Source of the DNA: Candidatus Marinacidobacterales bacterium
Lineage (GTDB): Bacteria; Acidobacteriota; Vicinamibacteria; Marinacidobacterales; SMYC01
Assembly: GCA_965224085.1 (NCBI GenBank)
Contig: CBDCYI010000004.1
Span: 736,001-800,000 of the forward strand
Length of the DNA: 64,000 nt
Direction: 5' to 3'
Numbering within the stretch: the first letter of the stretch is position 1; each line of letters begins with the position of its first letter. The notes beneath the pieces are model-generated. The model was not told the origin of the DNA. It did no database searches and worked only from the letters and a program-made list of their open reading frames with translations. Positions 19,621 through 29,579 of this stretch are shown here, piece by piece. The position numbers and the translations under genes are program-made.

Positions 19621-20154
19621 CTACGAGGATTTGAGGTTCTTATAAACCACACGGGCTCCTGCGGCCGTCACTGTTCCGCCGAGGATCATCGCGTGCACAG
19701 GCCCGGCAAGTTGACCAGTGGGACGCAGAGAGTGGAAATCCCAACCGTAGGCCAGCACAACCAATCCAACGACTGCTATCAAGGGGCCGAAGATGGTCCG
19801 AATTCCGAACCGAGGGCCACAGTCTTCCACAAGCGTGCCCATGACGAGGGCTATTGCGCCGAGGATCATCGTGCGCACAGGCCCGGCAAGTTGACCAGTG
19901 GGACTCAGAGAGTAGAAAAACCAACCGTAGGCCAGCACAACCAATCCAACGACTGTTATCAAGGGGCCGAAGATGGTCCGCATGCCGGACCGAGGGCCAA
20001 AGTCTTCCACAAGCGTGCCCACGACGAGCGCTATTGCGCCGAGGGCCATCACGTCCAGCGTTCTCTGGAGCCTTCCGTCAGGAACCCATATCAGGAAGCT
20101 AAAGTACAACCCCCCACCGAAGACCAGAACGGCCAGGCCCGCGGCCATCAACAA
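19621..20154 (-). CDS. membrane protein built from a 60-aa tandem duplication
   Basis: Hydrophobic repeats LGAIALVxGTLVED.GPR.G.RTIFGPLI.VVGLVVLAYGW; start uncertain. Confidence 0.6.
   Translation of the reverse strand: MLMAAGLAVLVFGGGLYFSFLIWVPDGRLQRTLDVMALGAIALVVGTLVEDFGPRSGMRTIFGPLITVVGLVVLAYGWFFYSLSPTGQLAGPVRTMILGAIALVMGTLVEDCGPRFGIRTIFGPLIAVVGLVVLAYGWDFHSLRPTGQLAGPVHAMILGGTVTAAGARVVYKNLKSS
19681..20040. repeat. 2 x 180-bp tandem repeat
   Basis: 19681-19860 and 19861-20040 align without gaps. Confidence 0.95.
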
Positions 20155-20240
20155 CCAGCTCAGCAGTCGTCGAATGCGGGGCGAATTACCACGCTATCTC
20201 TCCGGAAGTCAAGAAACATACCGGTGAAACATCGAGGAGT

Positions 20241-20321
20241 ATCTTCTGCGCGGATTCCCCAAAGCGGTGGACGGACCTCCCGGCGAGGACCCTGACGGCC
20301 GAAATCGTTCTTTGCACAGGC
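20241..20321 (+). repeat. diverged ~85-bp direct repeat, copy B
   Basis: Aligns with 19377-19461. Confidence 0.75.
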
Positions 20322-20546
20322 CCCCCGCCGCCCCCGTGAAGTTCCGTTTCGACGGGAGACGTGGACGAACGACCACACGCCGCGTGCCTTTCTGGCCGGT
20401 CGGCGTAACCGACGCACCTATAACCGCTTGAGTGGTGCCCTCTTGACGGACCCATCTCCAGGTGATGTGGTAGCTGGGGCTCTGGTGCCGGAGATGTTGT
20501 TCGACATGTGTTCGAAGGCCCAACGGGCAGACGAACTTACGGGAGG

Positions 20547-20565
20547 TGGTCACGGCATGGTCACA
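20547..20565 (+). repeat. TGGTCACGGCATGGTCACA, copy 2
   Basis: 17/19 identical to 17156-17174; just upstream of the terS-like ATG. Confidence 0.7.
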
Positions 20566-20588
20566 GTTTCCGGTCTAGAGGCTGGGCG

Positions 20589-21098
20589 ATGAGCACGAAT
20601 GTAGCGCAGACGAAGGCGAACACCGGAGGCGGAAAGCCTGGCCGGTCGGGGCCTCCCGGCAATCTGAACAACGCCCGCCACCCGTGGCGCGTGTTCTGGA
20701 GGCGCCGAGCTCTTCGCCCCGAAGACCGCTGGGTTATGAGGCTGGTCGAGAACTACGAGCAGCGCATCGAGGAGGACCGCGGTCGAGACCTATCTTTCGC
20801 TGAGGCGCGCGTCGTGGAGATCGCGAAGACGGCGAAGGTGTGCCAGTTGCTAGCGCTGGCCGCGTTCGCGGAGAACGGCATTATGCTCGAGTCCGTCACC
20901 ACGACGAACAGCCCGCAGCACGGCGAGACTGTGACCAGAAGGGGCGACGTACTCCACCCGGCGTACAAAGAGTTGAGCAAGTTCATGAAGACGGAGCTCG
21001 ACGCGTTGAAGAGCATCGGGCTCGAGAAGGCTGATAGCGAGCCGTTGTCGTTAACAGACTATGTTCAACAACGCTACCCGAAAGGAGAAAGAGCATGA
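20589..21098 (+). CDS. phage protein, possible terminase small subunit
   Basis: GPPGNLNNARH motif (G.P.GN.NA.KH type), helical body, position upstream of terL. Confidence 0.55.
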   Translation: MSTNVAQTKANTGGGKPGRSGPPGNLNNARHPWRVFWRRRALRPEDRWVMRLVENYEQRIEEDRGRDLSFAEARVVEIAKTAKVCQLLALAAFAENGIMLESVTTTNSPQHGETVTRRGDVLHPAYKELSKFMKTELDALKSIGLEKADSEPLSLTDYVQQRYPKGERA

Positions 21099-21289
21099 TT
21101 CCACCAATGGCGAAAGCAGAGAGGAAAGTGAAGGTACGCTACCGCAGGAAAGCGGTGACCGGGGTCTATCAAAGTGGCGAGATTGCTGCCTGGCCCATCG
21201 ACCAAGCCACGAAGCTCATCGCGGACGGAATCGCCGTGCCGGTAGACTGGTCGCCGCCCGGCTCGAAGCCGGAACCCGACGCAGCATGA
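21095..21289 (+). CDS. small hypothetical phage protein
   Basis: ATGA overlaps at both ends, AGGAG RBS. Confidence 0.6.
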   Translation: MIPPMAKAERKVKVRYRRKAVTGVYQSGEIAAWPIDQATKLIADGIAVPVDWSPPGSKPEPDAA

Positions 21290-21723
21290 ACGGAGACGAA
21301 CTCGTCTTCGTCGAGGGCATCGGCTCGGTGCGGCGCGAGGTGCTACTTCGAAACCCTGAGCTCCTCTCCCACGAACAGACGATGCAGCGCCGCCACGAGC
21401 AATGGCTCGCCGACCTGGCACGCCGCGAACGCGAGAAGGCCGAGCTCGAGGAAGACGAGCGAGCGTTCCATGAGATCGAGGGTGACGCTCCGATTAGCAT
21501 CCACCGTCACTCTCGAAGGAAGGCTGAGCCTAAGCCTCCCAACCATCCGAAAACGCGCTCAGAGGCCGGGAGAGACGATCCCCACGGCGAACCGGACCCG
21601 CACCCCTCGGAAGCAAAGACAGGCACCTTCGGACGCTTCGGGACGCTTTCAAAATACCGCCTCTGGTGCTTGCCTGCGATGTGGAAGCGCGCTCTCGGTG
21701 TCGGAGCGTCCACGCGGGAGTAA
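21286..21723 (+). CDS. hypothetical phage protein (possibly frameshifted into the next ORF)
   Basis: ATGA overlap; charged helical N-terminus. Confidence 0.45.
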   Translation: MNGDELVFVEGIGSVRREVLLRNPELLSHEQTMQRRHEQWLADLARREREKAELEEDERAFHEIEGDAPISIHRHSRRKAEPKPPNHPKTRSEAGRDDPHGEPDPHPSEAKTGTFGRFGTLSKYRLWCLPAMWKRALGVGASTRE

Positions 21724-22816
21724 GAATCGCTACTGCTCGGCTCGTTGTCGGAAGGCGGCGCACCGAAAGAAGAAGGCGAGAACGACGACGGCGACGGGTG
21801 TCGACATTATCGCCGCCCTCTCGGATGTGAAGCTCCTCGGTGCGGCTCTCGGCTCGCTCGAAACGTGGGGAGCGTGGCTCGTTTTCTTGAAATGTCTCTT
21901 CGCGCTCGCGCTTGAGGGCGCGGAGCTCAAGTTATTCCAACGCCACACGGGCCGGAGCGTTGCTCCGGTTGGCCAGGCCCGCGAGGCGTGGGTCATTGCC
22001 GTCGCCGTGGCGGGAAGTCACGCATGGCGGCTCTTGTCGCGGTGTTCGTCGCGTGCTTTCGTGACTACGCCGAAGTTCTCGCGAAGGGCGAGCGCGGCAC
22101 GGTTATGGTGATTGCGGCGGACAGAAAGCAATCGCGTACCGTCTTCCGCTACGTCGAGGCGTTTATCGACGGTTCGCCGATGCTGGCGCGGATGGTCGAG
22201 TCCCGCACGAAAGAGAGCATCGACCTGACGAACCGGATCACGATAGAAGTGCACACGGCGTCCTTCCGCGCGGTGAGGGGCTACACGATCGTGGGCGCGG
22301 TCCTCGACGAGATAGCGTACTGGCCGAGCGACGAAGCGAGCGCGAACCCTGACGTTGAGATTGTCAACGCGCTCCGGCCAGAGATGGCAACGGTCCCCGG
22401 CGCGATGCTGCTCGCGATCTCGTCACCGTATGCGCGGAAGGGTGGTTTGTGGAGCGCGTACGAGCGTCACTTCGGGACGGACGGTGACCCAGTGCTGGTG
22501 TGGCGAGCGACGTCCCTCGAAATGAATCCAGCGCTTCCGGCGCACGTCGTCGAGGAAGCCTATGCGCTAGATGCCGCATCTGCGTCCGCGGAGTACAGCG
22601 CTGAGTTCCGTCGAGACGTCGAGACCTACGTCAGCCGCGAGGTTGTCGCGAGCTGCACGATCGAGGGACGCCACGAGCTCCCACCCGTGAGCGGCGTTCG
22701 CTACGTCGCGTTCACGGACCCGAGCGGCGGCTCGTCGGACTCGTTCACGCTCGCGGTTGCTCACGAGGAGCGTGGCGTGCGCGTGCTCGATGCCATTCGA
22801 GAGAGGCGCCCTCCAA
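21660..22816 (+). pseudogene. phage terminase large subunit, frameshifted at Walker A and truncated in the nuclease domain
   Basis: CLRC..YCSARC Zn-finger-like segment; AWVIA/(G)RRGGKS Walker A split near 22000; AVLDEIAYW Walker B; ISSP; AFTDPSGGSSDSF; ends at IRERRPP. Confidence 0.85.
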
Positions 22817-22979
22817 GTGAAGTTCGAGGAGATCTTCATCGCCCTCGTCGACCAAGTAAACGCAGACGATGCCGAGATGAGCGGACATACTCTGATGTTA
22901 GCAAACTGGAGGCGGCATGCCGGAACATCCGGAGCGAGCTCCGGTCGGAACCACCGCGATACGCTAGACTAGCCACCCT

Positions 22980-24210
22980 GTGGCGAGTCTATACGCGCGA
23001 TACCGAAAACTATCTCTCGGTATGAAGATTCTCATTTTTATGGGGATTGGCATCATCGGCGGGCTCGTTTTCGGCGAGGGCGCCGTCATCGTCAAACCTT
23101 TGGGCGATCTGTTCATTCGACTCTTGTTGATGGCGGCCATCCCGCTCGTCTTCTTCAACTTGCTGGCCGCCATCTCGAATTTGAGCGACGTCGGGCTTCT
23201 CGGGCGGCTAGGGATCAAGATCTTCGCCTACTACCTACTCACGACGGCGGCAGCGCTGACGCTTGGCCTCGCCATCACCTCGTGGATCCAGCCGGGCCGC
23301 GGCTTCGAGCTGAGCGAGCCTGTCTCCGAAGAGCTCGGCGCCGTTCCCGGCGTCGTCGACGTGCTCCTCAAGCTCGTCCCCACCAACATCGTTCAAGCTT
23401 TCGCCGAAGGCAAGGTGGCGCAGATCGTCGTTTTCGCAGTGCTGCTCGGGGTTGGGAGTCTCTTGCTCGGGGACGCCCGACGCGAGCCGCTTCAAAAACT
23501 ATTCGGGGCCATCGCCGAGCTCTTGCGTATGCTCGTCACGCTCATTTTGAAGTTCGGGCCCGTCGGCATCGGTGCCCTCGCTGCCGCGAGCGTCGGCGAG
23601 TACGGCTCGAAGCTCTTCGGTCCACTGGCACTCTTCATCGGCTCCGTGTGGATAGCGCAGCTGCTCATGGTCTGGCTCTACATGCTGCTCCTAACCTTCG
23701 TGGGCCGCATGTCACCGCTCACGTTCTTGAAACAAACCGGCCCACTCTACGCGACGACCGCGGCGACGTGCAGCAGCCTCGCAAGCCTCGCGGTCGCGCT
23801 CGACGTCGCCGAGAAACGTTTGAAGCTTCCCGAAGCGATTTACTCGTTCACCCTTCCGCTCGGGGCGCAGCTGAACAAGGACGGGACGTCGGTCATGCTC
23901 AGCGCGATCCTACTCTTCACTGCCCAGGCGGGCGGGCGTCGAGTTCAGCGTCGCGTCCTCGATCACGATTCTGTTGATCGGGCTGATTTTGTCCGAAGGC
24001 TCGAGCGGAATCCCCGGAGGCGGGCTCGTTGCCGCGCTCATTTTCGTACAAGCGTTTCAGCTGCCGCTCGAGATCGCCGCGATCGTGGGCGGAATCTACC
24101 GGTTGATCGACATGGGGAGCACGACGATCAACTGTATGGGGGATATGGTCGGGACGGTGCTCGTCGCGAAGAGTGAAGGCCGTTTGGGGAGCACGCGCAA
24201 CCTGAATTAG
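22980..24210 (+). CDS. dicarboxylate/amino acid:cation symporter (DAACS), frameshifted near 23930
   Basis: LGDLFIRLL, TCSSLASL, LPLGAQLNKDG, then SSGIPGGG..RLIDMGSTTINCMGD in a second frame. Confidence 0.9.
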
Positions 24211-24217
24211 GCGCTGT

Positions 24218-24541
24218 CTATTTTCCCCAGTCGTCGTCATCTCCCATCAACGTGTTCTCGAGCCGGGTCACCTTGAGAAGGTCGCGGATACGCTTGCTGG
24301 GGTTGAGCACGCGGAGCTTTCCCTCGTGGCGGTCTACGTTCGTGTAGCAGCGCACGATCTCGCCGAGGCCGGCGCTATCGACATAGGGCACGTCCGCGAG
24401 ATTCAGTCCGATCTTCTTGTTTCCCGCCTGCACGAGGCTTTCGATTTTCTCGCGAAGGAGCTCGTCGCCCTGGCCGATCGTCAGTCTTCCGGAGAGGTCG
24501 AGGATGACGACGTCGTTTTCTTGTCTTTGTTCGATCTTCAT
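24218..24541 (-). CDS. STAS-domain anti-sigma factor antagonist
   Basis: VVILDLSGRLTIG..LNLADVPYVDSAGLGE. Confidence 0.92.
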   Translation of the reverse strand: MKIEQRQENDVVILDLSGRLTIGQGDELLREKIESLVQAGNKKIGLNLADVPYVDSAGLGEIVRCYTNVDRHEGKLRVLNPSKRIRDLLKVTRLENTLMGDDDDWGK

Positions 24542-24745
24542 GAGTGACAATGATGTCCTTTCTGCAATAGGCGTGGCCCTTTATAATCGACTCGCCGCAC
24601 TGAGGCAAGGCCGCAACGGCCGCCCTTCTGCATCCACCCGAGATTCTAACACTCGCGCCTTCGGATCGCTGCCACAAGCCAGCACGTACGTCACCTCGCC
24701 ACTGCGAGTGGAGAATAGAGCCCGGGGACAGTAGAATCGGCCGCC

Positions 24746-26020
24746 ATGAAACAGTTCTCGATTGCATCTTTTGCCCTTTTTCTTTCGGTCGCGGCAACCG
24801 CCCAAGAGACCGAAACCGACCACGAAATCAAAGACATCGCTTCCCGGCCCGAGATCCAGAAAGCCTTCGAGATCATCGTCGAGCTCGAGCCGGAGACCGA
24901 AAAAAATCTCATCGAGCTCACCGAGATCCCGGCGCCGCCGTTCAAAGAAGAAGTACGCGCCGCGCGCTACGTGGAATTGATGCGCAACGCCGGCATCGCG
25001 GGTGCGAGCATCGACGAAGAAGGCAACGTTGTCGGTACGTGGCCCGGTACCGAGGGCCTCGAAACCGTGGCGATGGTGGCCCATCTAGATACGGTGTTCC
25101 CCGAAGGCACGGACGTCACCGTGAAACGAAAAGGCGACGAGCTGCACGCTCCCGGCATCGGAGACGACACCCGCGGGCTCGCGCTCATGATCGCGGTCAT
25201 CCAGGCGATGAAACGCGCCGAGGTGAAGACCAAGGACAACGTGCTCTTCGTAGCCTCCGTGGGCGAAGAAGGCCTTGGCGATCTGCGCGGTGTGAAGCAT
25301 TTGTTCCGTGAGGGCGGGCCTCGCATCGATCAGTTTATCGCGGTCGACGGCGGCAGTACCGAACGCGTGCTCAACCACGCGACCGGCTCGCATCGCTACC
25401 GACTGACGTTCAAAGGACCGGGCGGACACTCCTTCGGTGCTTTCGGGCTCGGCAATCCAGCGCATGCGCTGAGCCGCGCCATCTACTATTTCGACCAAGC
25501 GGCCGGCGAGTACGTCATCTCGGGAACGAAGACGACCTACAATATCGGACGTATCGGGGGCGGCACGTCGGTAAACTCGATCCCCTTCGAGAATTGGGCA
25601 GAAGTCGATATGCGCTCGAACGACCCGAATCGCCTCGAGGAGATTGACGCGATTTTTCAGAAAGCCGTGAGGCGCGCGCTCGACGAGCAAAACGAGCTCC
25701 GGCGTGACGGTGAACCTTTGACCGTCGATGTGGATTTGATTGGCGACCGACCGTCGGGCATCGTCGATCCGAGCACGCCGCTGATAAAGCGAGCCCTCGC
25801 GGCGACGCGTTACTTCGGTGTGGAGCCGGTCCTCACGACTGGCTCGACCGACGCGAACGTGCCCATCGCTCGCGGCATCCCCGCGACGACGATCGGCCGC
25901 GGCGGCGACGGCGGAGGTGGGCACAGCTTGCACGAATGGTGGACCAACAAGGACGGACATCTGGGTATCCAGAAAGCGCTCCTCATCCTCGTCGCATCGG
26001 CGGGCATTGCGGTAGAATAA
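24746..26020 (+). CDS. secreted M20/M25/M40 family metallo-hydrolase
   Basis: AHLDTVFP, PGIGDD, VGEEGLG, GPGGHS, STDAN, GHSLHEW. Confidence 0.92.
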   Translation: MKQFSIASFALFLSVAATAQETETDHEIKDIASRPEIQKAFEIIVELEPETEKNLIELTEIPAPPFKEEVRAARYVELMRNAGIAGASIDEEGNVVGTWPGTEGLETVAMVAHLDTVFPEGTDVTVKRKGDELHAPGIGDDTRGLALMIAVIQAMKRAEVKTKDNVLFVASVGEEGLGDLRGVKHLFREGGPRIDQFIAVDGGSTERVLNHATGSHRYRLTFKGPGGHSFGAFGLGNPAHALSRAIYYFDQAAGEYVISGTKTTYNIGRIGGGTSVNSIPFENWAEVDMRSNDPNRLEEIDAIFQKAVRRALDEQNELRRDGEPLTVDVDLIGDRPSGIVDPSTPLIKRALAATRYFGVEPVLTTGSTDANVPIARGIPATTIGRGGDGGGGHSLHEWWTNKDGHLGIQKALLILVASAGIAVE

Positions 26021-26052
26021 AAGCTTCCACACATATTCGAAAGGCGCCGTCA

Positions 26053-26289
26053 ATGCTCGACGAGCTGAAGGACATCGAGCGCGAGCTCGACCGTATCAAA
26101 CGCCGCGTTCGCGGCATGATCAATCATTTAGAAAAACGCCACGTGCGTCTCAATCAGCTCAGCGACGATGAGCTGCTCAGCGACGATGAGCTGCTCAGCG
26201 AAGTCGGATCGCGCACGCTACCCGCGACCGATATCGCGAAGCTCCTCGCGAGCGCCGAGGAGCCCGTCAAGAAGAAGACCGGCAGCTAA
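26053..26289 (+). CDS. small hypothetical protein with an 18-bp internal duplication
   Basis: LSDDEL-LSDDEL; TAATG overlap with ggt. Confidence 0.6.
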   Translation: MLDELKDIERELDRIKRRVRGMINHLEKRHVRLNQLSDDELLSDDELLSEVGSRTLPATDIAKLLASAEEPVKKKTGS

Positions 26290-27920
26290 TGGTGGACCGG
26301 ATCACGGGGCGGAGCTTCGCCACCCGATCCGAAGTCCTGGCGCAGAGAGCGATGGCGGCCACGAGCCATCCCCTCGCAACCCAGGTGGCCCTCGACATAT
26401 TGAAAACGGGTGGCACGGCCACCGACGCCGCCATTGCCGCAAACGCGCTCCTCGGCCTCGTCGAGCCGACAGGCTGCGGCCTCGGAGGCGACTTGTTCGC
26501 GATCGTCTGGGATGGCGAGCGACTACACGGCCTCAACGCGAGCGGGCGCTCACCTCGCTCTCTCACACTCGAGCACTTGAGAGGCCTCGGTCAGAAAAGG
26601 ATTCCGTGTCACGGTCCTCTGTCGGTCTCCGTGCCGGGCGTCGTGGATGGCTGGTACACCCTTCACGAAAAACTCGGCAAGCTGCCGATGGCCTCCCTTC
26701 TGGCACCGACGATCCGCTACGCGCGCGAGGGCTTCCCCGTCACCCAAGTCATCGCCGACAGCTGGGCTTTCGGAGCGCGGGAGCTCGCGGACTATCCGGG
26801 CTTTCGAGAAACGTTCATCCGTTCAGGATGCGCACCGAAAGAAGGCGAGATTTTCAAAAACTCCGCCCTCGCCCGAACCCTGGAGGTCATCGCCGAGTCT
26901 GGCCGCGATGCGTTTTACCGCGGCGGGCTCGCCGACATCATGGATCGCTTCATGAGGCGCGCCGGCGGCTTCCTTACCCGGGGCGACCTCGAAGCGCATG
27001 GCTCCGAGTGGGTAGAGCCCGTCTCGACGAGCTATCGCGGCTACGACGTCTGGGAGCTACCGCCCAACGGGCAAGGGATCGCGACTCTGCAGATCTTGAA
27101 TCTACTCGAAGCTTACGATCTCGCCGCGATGGAGTTCGGGAGCCCGACGTATGTGCATCACTTCCTCGAAGCCAAGAAGCTGGCCTTCGAGGACCGCGCC
27201 AAGTTCTATGCAGACCCGGACTTCGCCGAAATTCCCGTCGAAGATCTCATCTCGAAAGCCTACGCCGATCGTCGCCGCGAGCGTCTCGACCCGAGCCGCG
27301 CCTCGAAGGACCTTGATCCCGGGGATCCCGTCCTGAAAACGAGCGACACCGTTTATCTCACGACGGCCGACGGAGACGGCCAAATGGTCTCGCTTATCCA
27401 AAGTAATTTTCGCGGGATGGGAAGCGGGCTTTGCCCGGACGGTCTCGGCTTCTGCTTTCAAGATCGCGGCGAGCTCTTCGCGCTCGAAGACGGCCACGCT
27501 AATGTCTATGCACCGGGAAAGCGGCCCTTCCATACGATCATCCCCGCATTCGTCACCCGCGACGGCCGCCCGTATATGAGTTTTGGGGTGATGGGTGGTG
27601 ACATCCAGCCGCAGATGCACGCACAGATCCTGATGAACCACATCGATTTCGAGATGAGCTTGCAGGAGTCGGGCGATGCGCCCCGCATTTTTCATACGGG
27701 CTCTTCCGAACCGACGGGCGGACGCATGCACGACGGCGGTGAAGTTCACCTCGAGTCCGGCTTCGCCCGCGAAACACGGGCCGTCCTCGAGCGGATGGGA
27801 CACCGTACCCGTGATATCGTTGGTGGATTCGGCGGCTACCAAGCCATCGCTTGCTCTTCCCACGGGGTCTACCGCGGCGCGTCCGAGTCTCGAAAAGACG
27901 GCCACGCCGCCGGTTTCTGA
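26289..27920 (+). CDS. ggt: gamma-glutamyltransferase family protein
   Basis: ATSHPLA, GG.ATDAAIA, SDT nucleophile, PGKRPFHTIIP, FGVMGG, SESRKDG. Confidence 0.95.
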   Translation: MVDRITGRSFATRSEVLAQRAMAATSHPLATQVALDILKTGGTATDAAIAANALLGLVEPTGCGLGGDLFAIVWDGERLHGLNASGRSPRSLTLEHLRGLGQKRIPCHGPLSVSVPGVVDGWYTLHEKLGKLPMASLLAPTIRYAREGFPVTQVIADSWAFGARELADYPGFRETFIRSGCAPKEGEIFKNSALARTLEVIAESGRDAFYRGGLADIMDRFMRRAGGFLTRGDLEAHGSEWVEPVSTSYRGYDVWELPPNGQGIATLQILNLLEAYDLAAMEFGSPTYVHHFLEAKKLAFEDRAKFYADPDFAEIPVEDLISKAYADRRRERLDPSRASKDLDPGDPVLKTSDTVYLTTADGDGQMVSLIQSNFRGMGSGLCPDGLGFCFQDRGELFALEDGHANVYAPGKRPFHTIIPAFVTRDGRPYMSFGVMGGDIQPQMHAQILMNHIDFEMSLQESGDAPRIFHTGSSEPTGGRMHDGGEVHLESGFARETRAVLERMGHRTRDIVGGFGGYQAIACSSHGVYRGASESRKDGHAAGF

Positions 27921-27936
27921 GCTCGTGAGAATCGAC

Positions 27937-28875
27937 ATGTCAGATTGCCGTTTTCAATCCGAGTTTCCCGGGACCGGCCTTGCGCTCGTCGAGACGCTCC
28001 GGACCAAGATGACCGCGGCTGGCGGTTCGTTCGACGGCTCGGTAAGCGCCGGAAGCTTTTCACTGCCGACCCCCATCGGCCAATTCGGAGGCGATTACTC
28101 GATCCAAGGGAAGATATCCCTACAACACGATCCAATAACAATGAGCTCTCCGTCCCCATCAACGCCCAAGTCAGAGCGATCGACGGCTTGAACTCGAACG
28201 ATGCGGCCCTTTCTCTCGCGCTCGCCGCTGGCGTCACGACGATGAACATCACCACCGGAAGCCGCAGCGCCAAGGCATGATTGGGGTTTTGCGCCAAACG
28301 TTCATTCGCGTCAAAGACGATGCGGGCCGTGGGGAAGACGAGCGCGTTTTGGCTCAGGTGCTCGCCAGGGAAATCCCGCTCCGGGTCCTGGCCAGTAGCC
28401 CCGACGATATCCTCACGGCGATGCGGCTGGCGGAGGAGTTTGGTCTCGCGCTCATCGTCGACTCGGCAGCGGGAGGCCACGAGGTCGCGGACGCCATTGC
28501 CGAGCACGCCGTACCGGTCGTGGTCGGGCCGAGCATCCTCAGCATTGGAAGCGGCGGCTCTTTCGAAACGTTCGCACATACGTCCGCCAACGCAGGGAAG
28601 CTTCGTGAAGCGGCGTTACGATCGCTTTGAGCACCTTCGCATCACGGGGCCGCTCCGTCGTTATGGAAGCCGTGATGGCCAAGGCGCACGGTCTCGACGC
28701 GACCCTCCGCGCCCTAACCCTCGACGCGGCGCAGATTCTCGGCGTGGCGGACGAGATCGGGAGTCTCGAAGCAGGAAAATCGGCGGACCTCGTTCTTTGG
28801 GAAACTCACCCGCTGGGTACTTGGGGTGAGACGCGACGCGTAATCGTAGACGGTGAAACGCTCTTCGAGCGCTAG
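27937..28875 (+). pseudogene. amidohydrolase family remnant in several frames, preceded by an unrelated N-terminal fragment
   Basis: VRAIDGLN..AAGVTT; DILTAMRLAEEFGL; ALTLDAAQILGVADEIGSLEAGKSADLVLW; no HxH N-terminus. Confidence 0.8.
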
Positions 28876-28922
28876 CTCGACTCGTCTTCGCGGAAAGCTT
28901 CCCCGTGGCGAAGGCGAAACGA

Positions 28923-29528
28923 TCAGAGGGTTCGAGGCGCCTGACGCCGCCCCAGCCAGCCCGTCAGTTTCTTCAAAACGAAGTACATCACGACGACCAT
29001 CAGAAACAGAGCGACGAGCGGCAGCACGATCGAGAGGCCCGCAAGAAGAAAGGAAGCGCCCACTTCGACCGTCGAGACCAAAGGGTTGGCGAGACCGCCC
29101 GTCGTCGCCGTCGAGGCACCGCGGGCAAGCATGGTCGATCCCTTGACGATGCCTGCCAGCCCCCCACCGCCAATGATGGCCAGGCTCCACTTCACAAGCG
29201 GGTCCATCTCGCTCAGCGCGGACGCCGCCACGATGGAGCCTGCCACGACCGCCGCCGGGGCCGAGACCGTATCCAGAAGATGGTCGACCCACGGGATGTA
29301 GTAAGCCCCGATCTCGAGAACGGTAGCCGTACTCAGCACGACGAGCGCCGGAAAAGTACCGATCCAACCAAATCCGTCACCGAGTTCGAGATGGCCCGTA
29401 TAGCCAGCGACGCTCATCGCAAGCAAAGGAACGAATACCCGGAATCCCGCAGCTGCCGCTAGGCCCAAGCCGAGGCAAATGCTAAGCGCATGGTCCACGA
29501 AAGTCCTCCAGATTTTGCTTCTTACCAT
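28923..29528 (-). CDS. DUF4126 family membrane protein
   Basis: GLGLAAAAGFRVFVPLL, YYIPWVDHLLD, TTGGLANPLVSTVE. Confidence 0.88.
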   Translation of the reverse strand: MVRSKIWRTFVDHALSICLGLGLAAAAGFRVFVPLLAMSVAGYTGHLELGDGFGWIGTFPALVVLSTATVLEIGAYYIPWVDHLLDTVSAPAAVVAGSIVAASALSEMDPLVKWSLAIIGGGGLAGIVKGSTMLARGASTATTGGLANPLVSTVEVGASFLLAGLSIVLPLVALFLMVVVMYFVLKKLTGWLGRRQAPRTL

Positions 29529-29579
29529 TATAGGCTACGCCCCGAGTCGGAGGAGAGATTGAATCGGGGAGCGGCCCGG

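Larger units (their letters stand above)
17156..22816. mobile_element. degraded prophage/satellite-like integrated element
   Basis: terS/terL-like genes, integrase-arm-like repeats, IS110 stub and cargo genes; boundaries approximate; no integrase or capsid gene seen. Confidence 0.6.

Noticed and set aside
19681-20040. DGR template/variable repeat pair
   Set aside because: Differences are not confined to adenines, the copies are tandem within one ORF, and no reverse transcriptase is present
19606-20295. 229-aa plus-strand His/Gln-rich repeat ORF
   Set aside because: It is most simply the antisense shadow of the hydrophobic minus-strand gene
20484-20492. Duplicated tRNA-Phe 3' end (att site)
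   Set aside because: The match TGGTGCCGG is only 9 bp, expected by chance in GC-rich DNA
26158-26200. 18-bp duplication as a functional repeat
   Set aside because: It is a simple in-frame slippage duplication (LSDDEL x2) with no further pattern
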